A DNA stretch of 63,483 bases, counting the filler, from Klebsormidium nitens (Eukaryota > Plantae > Klebsormidiophyceae), in the NCBI GenBank assembly GCA_000708835.1. It is 4 parts of 4 records of this genome, joined end to end, with 100 filler letters (N's around TTAATTAATTAA, not from the genome) between each part and the next. Parts side by side here need not be neighbours in the genome. Positions count along the whole stretch, not along the records: positions 26,801 to 39,500 come from DF237337.1; positions 39,601 to 59,811 come from DF237651.1; 2 more parts are not named here. The stretch is one strand, 5' to 3'. The number at the start of each line of letters is the position of its first letter. Position 1 is the stretch's first letter. Below the pieces are notes generated by a model that saw only the letters and a list, made by a program, of their open reading frames with translations, made no database searches and was not told the DNA's origin. A program made the position numbers and the translations under genes. Positions 37,369 through 47,835 of this stretch are shown here, one piece after another.

Positions 37369-39780
37369 ATATGATCTCGGCAAAACATGGCACCTTGCCA
37401 CAGCCTTCCAAGTCGTATTCTGACGCTACAGCTACCGGTTATTTGGATTTCACGGGACAGATTTTTCCGATCCGCATCGCTTTTAGTAAAGGGTATCTGC
37501 ACGCAGCTTGTCAATGTGATCGGTGAACTTGATAAGAGACGTATTACGCTCTGCCTGTCTCGGACTCACCCTTCCGCAAACCGCAAGCAATCTATCCGCA
37601 GTTTTTTGATGAAATCTTGATCTTCCAACACCCTTGCTATCAGTCGGAAACAGTCCCGTTGGCGTGCGTGAAAGGACGCTGTTTCGACAAGGCCTCTACG
37701 AGTCTGCACAGCCCCCAAAAGCCAGCGTCGCTTTCACCCCGGACATCACCACGTGTCACGATCGAGGAACGGCAATACCAGTGCGCTGCGAGCATCGGAT
37801 ATGCCAGCTTGCTTCTTGAGTTTCTGAACGCTCTCTCAATTGGCCTCAAGAAGGAGAAACATGACATTCCGAAACCGATGTTCCTGTGGCTACAAAGTCG
37901 CACAGCACCAGTCGGAGCTGTCAGGGTGAACTTTTGCGTTGCCTTTCTACGATATTTGCCCATCTTCATTCTCTAATACACTTGCTGGCGACTTTGTCCT
38001 TCGTTAAGATCTCCGCCACAATCACGCATGCGCTTCGGTCTTGAGTGACCACAAACCAGCCTCTCGACAATCTATGCGTGAGAAGCTGTGCAGAACGGCC
38101 GCGCAATGCGACTCAGGCGCAAAGGCATCTCGACTCTTGGGAATGAGTGACGACGTGGCAAGGGCTCATTTGAGAGCCGTAGTGGATAAGCATGTATAAT
38201 TTGGCAGCACGCCACTCCACTGGAAGCTGACAGTACTTGACGCCGCAGCTCTAGAAAGCGTTCGTGCGTTTATGCGTTATCTGAGACGACGCTGTGACGC
38301 TGAAAGACTCCTTCTCTTTCTGTTCTTAGCGTCTTCTCAGAAAGTTCTGTGCCATCCAGACGAAGCCGCGAAAATCCACCTGCCAAGTCCTTTTACCCGT
38401 TATACCCGTTTGTTATATCCGGAGCCAAAAACATGTCGCTCTTTGTGAAGTTCTGACGCATGGGCTACTTCCCGGGGGTAGGCCGATCGTTTTGAGGTCC
38501 TCTGTGGCTCGTTAGAGCAATTAATATTTAAACTTGAACTGGGACTTCGCGAGGCTTCGCTTCATAAGTCGAGGCTCCGGCGGGGCCATGCTGCAAAGGC
38601 AATGATGTTTCACTTGGTTGGCAGAAGACTGCCACGTCACCATTAAAGTCAGCGACAGATGCCTTATCAGAAATGATAGATTGCAGCACGATCTTACTTT
38701 GGCATGCTTGCACGCTCGATTTTGCTAACCCCGAAGTCCCAAGACGTTCTCTTGAGGCAACTCAAAGGTGATTGAAGCTGCCGACTGCAAGCCTTCTATG
38801 ACTAGTGCTCTGCGTCTGTTCAAGATTCTACCTCTCATGTGTTTATCAGTGCGGATGGTGAATGTCACAAAATCCTCAAGTGCTATTCAAAACGTCTGAG
38901 GTCGACCGTCTACCAGGCAATGATGGAATATTCTCTTGGTGGTGCAGTCTTTCTCCACCAAGCAGAGTGATGAACGCGCACTGAGCTGCTAATGAAACTC
39001 TGTAACCTACTCAAGAATCTGTTGCTCCTCGTTTTTGTCTCCAAAATATACCAACAAGAATGGAAGTGACTTCCAGAAAACTCCGGGGCTCCGTTCTTTG
39101 GCGACGTGTAGCCGACGTCGTTAACAACTTTGAAGAGGTTGGCTTGGACGTTATTCGGTCATTAGACGCGCACAAAAGCCTTGTGGTTCTTCGAAAAAGC
39201 GTTCCAAATTAACCTTCGGGTGAGGCAAAGGCGGGGAAGCACGCGGCCGCATCCTGGTAGGTGCGCTCCGCGCGGCCGCGCTGCCGCGAAGCCATTGCCG
39301 TTGGGGCGCGGCAATCTTTCTAGGCTCCGGAACCGTCCTCCAGAACACTAATCTTCTGAGATGCAAACCGTTTTCGGGGGCGCGGGGCGCTGCTCAAACT
39401 TTGGCATCGGTTCCCGGGCCGATATAAAGTCTGAATTTTAAACCGTCTCCGGGGCTTTCTCCTGATTTTCTGATCTAACCGCTTGCCGCTTGTCTGACTT
39501 NNNNNNNNNNNNNNNNNNNNNNNNNNNNNNNNNNNNNNNNNNNNTTAATTAATTAANNNNNNNNNNNNNNNNNNNNNNNNNNNNNNNNNNNNNNNNNNNN
39601 TCTGAACAGACTGTATGAGTCCTGATGTCCAACCCCCAGCTCCACAGAAGACATCCAAGAAGGTTACCATCTGTCTTGAGGTGGAAGTAGGAGAATAAGT
39701 AGCCTTATAGAGACGCGCAGTGGTATTTGAAGAGCACTCGGTTCAGACCGACTCACTTCTCTCTCAAGTCATGCTATGCT

Positions 39781-40288
39781 ATGGATCTGCAAAAGTTAGT
39801 GAGAGCGCTCCATCAGCGACATGATGACGCCGTCCTCAAGTCCATGTTGAAAGCACAAGCGAAGACCAAGTCGGCAGTGGCTTGGATCAAAACGCACTTC
39901 AATCGAGCAGAGACGAGCACAGGCTTCAGGTTGCATCAGATCGCTGGCCTCTATGAGCACACCACAGGACAATAATGCGACCATCTCGGAAGTCGAAGAG
40001 TGGCTCGATGAGATGGGCATCCATGCGAAGAGCTCTTTCAAGGACAGCAGAGACAGAGCTACCACACCGCTCGTCTGCAAAACCCATCGCCATGTCTCCG
40101 TCATGCTACCATCTAGATGTGCGTCCATATTCCATCCACTCACAAGAGGTGCATTGACGGCACGGGATCTGCGTGATGCGTTGGTCCATGAGCAGCTCAT
40201 ACTTCCCGAAGAAGCGAGCAAGATGGATTTCATAGACCCTTGGAAGAAAGAGCGCGAGGCTCTGGATGAGATCCCCGAGGATGTCTAA
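39781..40288 (+). CDS. Hypothetical protein(s), two overlapping frames
   Basis: MDLQKLVRALHQRHDD.. and MSTPQDNNATISEVEEWLDEMGIH.. look protein-like; no family recognised. Confidence 0.35.
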
Positions 40289-40389
40289 AGCGTGTGCGTG
40301 AAGCAAAAACTGAAGTTGGTCAATGTTCTAGCGTAGCAAGGACGAGTCGTCCTATCTCCTCTCCACGCTCTACACGAATATCATCTCAG

Positions 40390-41995
40390 TCAAACCCGCT
40401 GCGATCGATAGCGGGCTACTTCTTCTGCCAACCGTTGATGGTGGTACGCGTCCTTCCTCGCGCGCGCCTCGAAGGCTTCCAACTTCTGGCGCAACACGAC
40501 GCTCTCCTCCTGCAGAGAGCACGCGTCAAATCACTCAAGGACACGGCTTCTTTCAAGAGGCCTGTGCTAATGTAATCAAGACAGACTACGAAGCGAGTCC
40601 TTGATATGCATTGGATTCCGGTGTCCTTACCTCGACCCTCTCAGCGCGGCGGCGACAATTTGCCGCGATGACTTTCTGCTCCTTCACCTCTGCTTCGAGA
40701 GCAGTCATTCGCTTCTCCATGCTCGCCTTCTGAGCGATCAGAAGTGCAGCGTCAACACCGAAAGACACGAGACCATCCGCCAACCTGTACGGCAGCAAGG
40801 CTTCCTTGGTACCTGCACTCGCCCAGTCCTGTACGAGGCTGCTTTTCAGTTCCCAGTTTGTCCTACGAGCATCGAATCGTTAGAATTTCCAGAACTCCAA
40901 AAATCCTTGATCTCAGCAAAGTGATTGCTGACGATGAGGGTCAACTCGTATCGGCAGCTTTTGCAGTACCAACACCGGAACTTCTCGTACCAGCCACTCA
41001 GTTCTTTGTTACCTTTCAAGAGCGTTTCGAATTGCCACTGTATCCAGACACAGCCAAAACTCTTCTCACACAAGTAAAAAATCTTGTCGACCAGCGTACA
41101 CAACTCATGCAACTCGGCAAGGGAGTCCATGTCAGTGAAAGCCAACAGTACTTTCCCGCGCAAGCTTGAAAGGCGTCTGGGTGTGGTATCTTTCCCTATA
41201 CAAACAATGTACAATGTTGTTCCAAGGAACCCTGCAACTTGGCATCGCGGGTGCAGCGCCCTGCCTAGAACAGACTCACTCTTTTGTGTCTGTTACGAGG
41301 GTTTCCATAGGGTCCTCCTTCACCAGAGGCTGCTCCACGCCCACCTCTGCTGCGAAGGCTTTTGCGTCCGCAACGAGTGCTTCCAACGAGTCCTGCTTCA
41401 CCTTCAGAGGCTTCACCTCGCTGTTGGTGATATCTTTGAGCAGCGAAGGATCCTCTGTCTCCAGCTTCCTCAGGCCCACGTAATGACCATTGTTCCTGAG
41501 CTTTGTGAGCTGAAGATGAATAGGGTCACCACCCGAAAGCCTGGGTGGAGTGTAGACATCTGCCCCTCCTTCCCTGTGAACGATGATGTCCCTCCCCAAG
41601 AATCTGGCTACGCACATAGCCTCCAGGTCACCGGACCACCGTCCAGCTTTCGCAACATTCTACAAGGAAATCGGATGGTAGTCAGCTCAGCCTCTTCTTA
41701 GATTCTCAACCACTCATAGCATGGCATCATACAGAAGACTCACTCTTTGCAGCGATGATGCAGGAGCTCAGAGCCTCACCTCCACTTTGCCAAACTGGAC
41801 CGCCAACTGCAGCTCTTCATCCAGCCCGGCATTGAGCGCAATCTCATGTGCTTTCTTCCTCAGGTGTGGCACGTCGATCGACAGGTGCGCTGAAGCGATG
41901 ACAGCCGAGAAGAAGCAGTCTCCATCACGGGGAACGTCCATCACCTCATAGCCGGCTACCAGAGAGACGGGCGCGTGCCTCCTGCGCGCTACCAT
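40390..41995 (-). CDS. OTU-family cysteine protease with coiled-coil tail, 4 exons (41995-41780, 41659-41280, 40862-40631, 40509-40390), 315 aa
   Basis: DVPRDGDCFFSAV (Cys loop), WSGDLEA, NNGHYVG (His); all GT-AG with consistent phases 0/2/0. Confidence 0.75.
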
Positions 41996-42333
41996 GGTGC
42001 TCAAAGATATGAATCCCTCGATAAAACGTGACCGGGACGACCTGGAATCCTCTTTCTCTCCTCACATTCTCTCCTCAACCCTATTCCGGGCTCTTTCAAG
42101 TCTTGATTACCACCCAGTCCGATTCTTTGGGCAGTGACCGAATAAGGGCGAAAAATTTGCCGCGCAAATCCTACGCGGCAATAATACGAATTTTACACGT
42201 GCAAAAAGTACCGACCGTCGATATTCGCCGCCAATTCGTCAAACCCTAGACCACAGTGCTGTGTGGTTCTGCCTACATTATGGCTGGAAGTTTGATTTGA
42301 GAAGCAGACTGAAGAGTAGGCACCAGGGGGGAG

Positions 42334-43473
42334 ATGGCGCCGCGAAAGCGCAAGAAGGGAACCGCGCGAAAGCAGGAGCAGGAAGGTAGTCCTGGAGCGG
42401 CGGTGGGCCAGGATGTGCTTCCGCGGTCTTGGCTGGACCTCCCTCCTGAAGTGCTGGCCCTCGTGCTGTCCAAGATGACGCTCAGGGATCTGGTCTGCTG
42501 GGGTTCCACCAGCAAGGCGTATGCCCGGGAGATGGACGAGGTGCTGAAGAGGGAAGTGCGCGTGACGGCTGAGGAAGTGCTGGGGCACCCAAAGTGTCGG
42601 ACCAGGGAGAAGAGGGCCGTCAGAAACTTCTTCGTCGATTTCTTGTTCAAGAAGGCCGATGTGATCTCCAAGGTTACCATCGATTGGGAGGAGGACTACA
42701 GGCCCATGGTCCAAGAGAGTCGGCTCTGTGGTGGGCAGTGCCGCTGCGGAAGGTGCAGCGGGCACGGGGTATTGAGCGATAGGGACACGCGCAAGCCTGC
42801 CCTGCCTGGAGTGGTGTGTTGTTGTTGCGAGGACAGACTGTGCCTGGCGGGTGCCGGGGACCTCGCAACGCTGCCCAAGGCTACGGACGTGCGCCTGCTG
42901 ACCCTGGTGCCGGCGGAGTTGGTGCCCCTGTGGATGTTTCCCAACGTGGAGCGGCTATATCTGGCGGTGCACGACGGGGGTTACAAGGGCTTCGGAGTGC
43001 CCTCTTTCCCGAGGCTAGAGGCGGTCACCATATGCGGCATCCTGGAGGGGCATCTGCCTTTCGACCTGAGCGCTCTAAAGTGCTCTCCCCGCCTGCGAGA
43101 GGTGACCCTGCTCCGCAACAAGGAGAGCTGGACTAACTCCGTCAGTTGGTTGGGTGACATGGACGGCTTCAAGAGTGCTTATATCCTGAGGATAGGGTCC
43201 AACCCCGCCCTGGAGCTAAATGTCCGCTTGCAGATCTTCAGGGACACCTTAAACCCTGTTCCCTTAAATCAGCGGGCCACGCCGGTCTGCACGCGTGTGG
43301 ACAAGTTCCTCGTAGAGGATCCAGAGAAGCCCAGGTCGGGCGCGCCTAGGGTGATCCTGTTGTTTCCTCCGATGCCCTTCGAGACATACTTGTGCACAAC
43401 CGATCAGGAGTTGATTGAGGCAGCCAAAGATGCGAGAAGTCGAGGTTGGGAAGTAGCTACGCAAGATGAGTAG
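42334..43473 (+). CDS. F-box domain protein
   Basis: WLDLPPEVLALVLSKMTLRDL..WGSTSK F-box motif; LRR-like C-terminal half; intronless 379 aa. Confidence 0.75.
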   Translation: MAPRKRKKGTARKQEQEGSPGAAVGQDVLPRSWLDLPPEVLALVLSKMTLRDLVCWGSTSKAYAREMDEVLKREVRVTAEEVLGHPKCRTREKRAVRNFFVDFLFKKADVISKVTIDWEEDYRPMVQESRLCGGQCRCGRCSGHGVLSDRDTRKPALPGVVCCCCEDRLCLAGAGDLATLPKATDVRLLTLVPAELVPLWMFPNVERLYLAVHDGGYKGFGVPSFPRLEAVTICGILEGHLPFDLSALKCSPRLREVTLLRNKESWTNSVSWLGDMDGFKSAYILRIGSNPALELNVRLQIFRDTLNPVPLNQRATPVCTRVDKFLVEDPEKPRSGAPRVILLFPPMPFETYLCTTDQELIEAAKDARSRGWEVATQDE

Positions 43474-43660
43474 GGTTATGTCAGGCAGGAAGGCCCGACT
43501 GGCAGATTTTCTAAGTTGGCAGAGCTGGAACTCGTCATAAACACGCAAGCCAACTCTAACTACTAATATCGACTCAAATGATTTCTTGCATGAGATTTGG
43601 CCCCAACCCCATCTTGCGTCCATGAGCACTGCATACTTATCATGAATCTTTATAGCGAGC

Positions 43661-44287
43661 ATGGGAGACATCATGCAGTCTTTCGAGACTCGCGAGGACA
43701 TGATGCGGCACCTCGTGCAGCCAGGATCGAAAATCTTGGAAGTAGGCGTCTTCAGAGGCAGATTCGCAAAGTTCTTGCGCAGCTTGGACCCTGCCGAATT
43801 GCATCTCATAGATCCCTTCGAGGGGAACTTATGCAGTGGAAACGCGGATGGCGTGAGCATAGAACATATCAATGGCGAAGCAGCTTTCGAAGAAGTGCGA
43901 GACATGTTTCGAGACGATGAGCGTGTGCACATATACAGGGACTGGTCGCCAAAGGCGCTGGAACAATTTCCGGACGATTACTTCCAAGCAGTATATTTAG
44001 ACGGGGACCACACTTACGAGGGAGCACGTAAAGACCTCGAGGCGTCCTTTCGAAAGGTACGAGACGGAGGCTATATCTGCGGTCACGATTACGACAGGAA
44101 TCCCAGCAAGTGCCCATACGAGTATAGCTTTGGAGTCCGTCGAGCCGTACGAGCGTTCACGGCCGACAAGAAGCAGAAGATACAATACTTGGGATTAGAC
44201 GGTTACATCAGTTTTGCCATCCGCGTCGACAAGTGCAAGAATCGAGTAGCACAACCGGTCAGCCACAGCAACATTTTGTTGGTATAG
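43661..44287 (+). CDS. Class I SAM-dependent methyltransferase (Methyltransf_24-like)
   Basis: ILEVGVFRG, LIDPF, VYLDGDHTYEG..DL, GGYICGHDY. Confidence 0.85.
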   Translation: MGDIMQSFETREDMMRHLVQPGSKILEVGVFRGRFAKFLRSLDPAELHLIDPFEGNLCSGNADGVSIEHINGEAAFEEVRDMFRDDERVHIYRDWSPKALEQFPDDYFQAVYLDGDHTYEGARKDLEASFRKVRDGGYICGHDYDRNPSKCPYEYSFGVRRAVRAFTADKKQKIQYLGLDGYISFAIRVDKCKNRVAQPVSHSNILLV

Positions 44288-44291
44288 TTGA

Positions 44292-44840
44292 ATGATGAAG
44301 CTGCTCTTTCTCTTTTCCATCCTGCTCCTCGGAGCTACCGCGTTCGCGCTCTCTTGCATCCCCTGGAACGCCCTCGGGGAGCGTATGAACGCACCTACCG
44401 AGAGTCAAAGGATCGTGATAGTGCCGGTCCTGCAGGGCGGTTCACCGACTCGGTTACTCAATAGAGAGTGCGCGGACACGAGGGGAAGAAAGCACAGCGA
44501 GTACAGACAAGTGGGCACGCTCTCCGCTCGAGGCGATGCGAGCAACGACGTATTGCCGCTCTTCGCATCCAAGAGCTGCATGCATAGAGATCGATACTTC
44601 TACCACACTCAGACGGGTGCGTACGAGCCGATCAGGCTCCCCGTGCACTATAAGAACCGTAATTGCATGAAGGACGACATAGGCTGCGAAACGGTCTACG
44701 AAGACGACCAGATGACCGTTCCCATCCTAGGTGGGGATAGAGCATATTCGGTCGCTCTATACGAAAACCTGTATTATTACCCTTTTCGTCCAGAGTGTCG
44801 CACTTCGAACGTAACGCTTGGAAATTCTGAGCGCGTTTGA
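44292..44840 (+). CDS. NCLDV DUF5755-like membrane/secreted protein
   Basis: N-terminal hydrophobic segment; YRQVGTL..VLPLF..DRYFYHT..IRLPV..NC..IGCETVY.DD..V pattern recalled from giant-virus proteins. Confidence 0.7.
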   Translation: MMKLLFLFSILLLGATAFALSCIPWNALGERMNAPTESQRIVIVPVLQGGSPTRLLNRECADTRGRKHSEYRQVGTLSARGDASNDVLPLFASKSCMHRDRYFYHTQTGAYEPIRLPVHYKNRNCMKDDIGCETVYEDDQMTVPILGGDRAYSVALYENLYYYPFRPECRTSNVTLGNSERV

Positions 44841-45266
44841 CCGCGTTTGTATGGACTAACTTTCTTCCTTAAGGGATAGTATGCTAACACATGTTGCATC
44901 ACTGGGCTTCGCTGACCTTGGACCTTTGCTCCTAGAATACCCCGTCGCAAAACGGATAGAGACCTTCATTCAAAAGGCACCATCTCAGTCCTCCGATGGG
45001 ACCTCAGTGATTCAGCTCGCGAGGTGTTCCGCAGGTGTACTCGTTATGGGCCGAAGGTCTACGGTATAGCTAGGGAGTCACAGCAAGTGATGTCCTAAAA
45101 ACGAAAAGTTTCTTCTGGTACCAGGCCAGCCCTGGCGGCCAGAGGAAAGCCAGTCAACTCTGGTATTATTATCATTTCTCGCTCCGATTCGTCACCTGCG
45201 TTACGTCAAAGAGGCGACAGTTTGGGCGAAACTGGTAATAACGAGAGAATGTGTCTTTCAACGGTG

Positions 45267-45725
45267 TCACGTATGGATCGAGCATGAGAGCGACGCTAAA
45301 GCCAGCGTTCCGTAGATGAATGTAGGCCACATGGTCACGAGTGCCCTGACGAATGCTCTGTCCAGCAACATCCCAAAAATCTTGCCGAGTCCGGGCACCA
45401 TCTTCATCATTCTCAAGAGGCTCACGAGGCCAGGAATCGACGGAGCTATCGATGCGAGAGCTACCGTACGCATCGTGATACAACGGAGGGGCTTGGCGAC
45501 CCGGAGATAGATGGTGACGAAGTTGACGGCATACAATAGGATGGTCGTGACGATGGCACACGCGATGTATTCGCCCATGCCGTGAAATCCACACGACTTC
45601 GTGATGAAGTCGCCGATGAGAGTGGTCACGAAAGCGCCACCGACCAGCATGAGTACGTTCTCGTACATCGCAGGAGAAGACGCGTTCCTCCACAACCCCT
45701 TGAAGAATGACTTTATGTTAGTCAT
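45267..45725 (-). CDS. Hypothetical multi-pass membrane protein (may extend to 45172 via a 1-nt frameshift)
   Basis: Three to four hydrophobic segments; alternative frame gives a plausible C-terminus AGFSVALMLDPYVTPLKDTFSRYY. Confidence 0.65.
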   Translation of the reverse strand: MTNIKSFFKGLWRNASSPAMYENVLMLVGGAFVTTLIGDFITKSCGFHGMGEYIACAIVTTILLYAVNFVTIYLRVAKPLRCITMRTVALASIAPSIPGLVSLLRMMKMVPGLGKIFGMLLDRAFVRALVTMWPTFIYGTLALASLSCSIHT

Positions 45726-45780
45726 CGCGTATGTTTTCAGTGCAGTAATTTAAAATCTCTCCTTATGCTATCGGAGATAC

Positions 45781-47835
45781 ATGCCAACGTTCAAGGGAGA
45801 ACTGAGTGCGACCAGGAACCCTTCAAACGAGCTGGCTTTCATCTTTAAGGCGTGGACCAGCGACTCTGCGGGGGATCCCGTCCACGAAAAGGCCGACACG
45901 TACCCGTTTCCCGGTGTGACTGATTTCGAAGCTCTATGTGCTGAAATCTTCTCGACGGTCGAGGAGTTCTGCAAGAGGAGCTCTTCAGACACCACGCCGG
46001 CGTCCGAGGACCAGCCCGCGTCCGATTCCACGCCCTCCGATCAGCCCCCGGCTGCGGACCAACCAGCTGCAGACGAACCCGCCGACCAGCCCCCGGTTGC
46101 GGACCAACCAGCTGCAGATTCCACGGCCTCCGATCAGCCCCCAGCTGCAGACCAACCAGCTGCAGATTCCACCCCCTCTGATCAGGTCCCAGCTGCGGAC
46201 CAACCAGCTACAGATGAGCCCTCAGACCAGTCCCCGGCTGCGGACGAACCAGACCAACCAGCTGCTTCAGAAAAGCCCTCAGACCAGCTCCCGGCTGCAG
46301 ACCAACCTGCTACAGACAAGCCCGCCGACCAGGCCCCGGCTGCAGATCAGCTCGCGTCCGAATCTACGGCCTCCCCAGCTGCAGATTCCACGCCCTCTGA
46401 TCAGCCCCCAGCTGCAGACCAACCAGCTGCAGAGTCCACGCCCTCTGATCAGCCCCCGGCTGCGGATCAGCCAGCTGCAGATTCCACCCCCTCCGATCAG
46501 CCCCCAGCTGCAGACCAACCAGCTGCAGATTCCACGCCCTCCGACCAGCCCCCAGCTTCGGACCAACCAGCTGCAGATTCCACCCCCTCCGATCAGGCCC
46601 CAGCTGCAGACCAACCAGCTGCNNNNNNNNNNNNNNNNNNNNNNNNNNNNNNNNNNNNNNNNNNNNNNNNNNNNNNNNNNNNNNNNNNNNNNNNNNNNNN
46701 NNNNNNNNNNNNNNNNNNNNNNNNNNNNNNNNNNNNNNNNNNNNNNNNNNNNNNNNNNNNNNNNNNNNNNNNNNNNNNNNNNNNNNNNNNNNNNNNNNNN
46801 NNNNNNNNNNNNNNNNNNNNNNNNNNNNNNNNNNNNNNNNNNNNNNNNNNNNNNNNNNNNNNNNNNNNNNNNNNNNNNNNNNNNNNNNNNNNNNNNNNNN
46901 NNNNNNNNNNNNNNNNNNNNNNNNNNNNNNNNNNNNNNNNNNNNNNNNNNNNNNNNNNNNNNNNNNNNNNNNNNNNNNNNNNNNNNNNNNNNNNNNNNNN
47001 NNNNNNNNNNNNNNNNNNNNNNNNNNNNNNNNNNNNNNNNNNNNNNNNNNNNNNNNNNNNNNNNNNNNNNNNNNNNNNNNNNNNNNNTGCAGATTCCACC
47101 CCCTCCGATCAGGCCCCAGCTGCAGACCAACCAGCTGCAGATTCCACGCCCTCTGATCAGCCCCCGGCTGCGGACCAACCAGCTGCAGATTCCAAGCCCT
47201 CCGATCAGCCCCCGGCTGCGGACGAACCAGCTGCAGTTTCCACCCCCTCTGATCAGGCCCCATCTGCGGACCAGCCAACTGCAGACAAGCCCTCAGACCA
47301 GTCCTCGGCTGCAGATCAGCCCGCGTCCGAATCAACGGCCTCCCCAGCTGCAGATTCCACCCCCTCCGACCAGCCCCCAGCTGCGGACGAACCAGCTGCA
47401 GATTCCACGCCCTCTGATCAGCCCCCGACTGCGGACGAACCAGCTGCAGATTCCACCTCCTCTGATCAGCCCCAAGCCGCAGACAAGCCCTCAGACCAGC
47501 CCCCCGCTGCAGACCAACCAGCTGCAGATTCCACGCCCTCCGATCAAGCCCCAGAGGAAGCTGAACCCACCGAGCCAGAAGCAGCAGCACGCGAATATGC
47601 TTATCTGGATGATGATGCTAGTACGTTCCAGATCAAACGTGCTGGACCTACGAAGTACGAGGTGTCCACTACCTACGAAGTCTGGGCATCGGAGAAGGAT
47701 CATGCAGATGGACGTCCTTCGATCCGGACGGAACCGATCCGCATCGTCATGTCTCTGTGGGACTTCCCACACATGTACGGTCGCATGCACGCGGAGATGA
47801 AAGAGAAGCATGCGGGGAAAACCAACCCATTATAA
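45781..47835 (+). CDS. Pro/Ala/Asp/Ser-rich repeat protein spanning a gap
   Basis: 16-aa unit ADSTPSDQPPAADQPA (48 bp) in many degenerate copies between short unique termini. Confidence 0.8.
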   Translation: MPTFKGELSATRNPSNELAFIFKAWTSDSAGDPVHEKADTYPFPGVTDFEALCAEIFSTVEEFCKRSSSDTTPASEDQPASDSTPSDQPPAADQPAADEPADQPPVADQPAADSTASDQPPAADQPAADSTPSDQVPAADQPATDEPSDQSPAADEPDQPAASEKPSDQLPAADQPATDKPADQAPAADQLASESTASPAADSTPSDQPPAADQPAAESTPSDQPPAADQPAADSTPSDQPPAADQPAADSTPSDQPPASDQPAADSTPSDQAPAADQPAXXXXXXXXXXXXXXXXXXXXXXXXXXXXXXXXXXXXXXXXXXXXXXXXXXXXXXXXXXXXXXXXXXXXXXXXXXXXXXXXXXXXXXXXXXXXXXXXXXXXXXXXXXXXXXXXXXXXXXXXXXXXXXXXXXXXXXXXXXXXXXXXXXXXXXXXXXXXADSTPSDQAPAADQPAADSTPSDQPPAADQPAADSKPSDQPPAADEPAAVSTPSDQAPSADQPTADKPSDQSSAADQPASESTASPAADSTPSDQPPAADEPAADSTPSDQPPTADEPAADSTSSDQPQAADKPSDQPPAADQPAADSTPSDQAPEEAEPTEPEAAAREYAYLDDDASTFQIKRAGPTKYEVSTTYEVWASEKDHADGRPSIRTEPIRIVMSLWDFPHMYGRMHAEMKEKHAGKTNPL

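Noticed and set aside
37900-37930. LTAPTGAV resembling a PIF1 helicase motif Ia
   Set aside because: No Walker A/B or other PIF1 motifs in frame nearby.
45938-47800. Long alternative-frame ORFs over the repeat protein (also 46364-47590 minus)
   Set aside because: Shadow ORFs caused by the stop-free 48-bp repeat and N runs.
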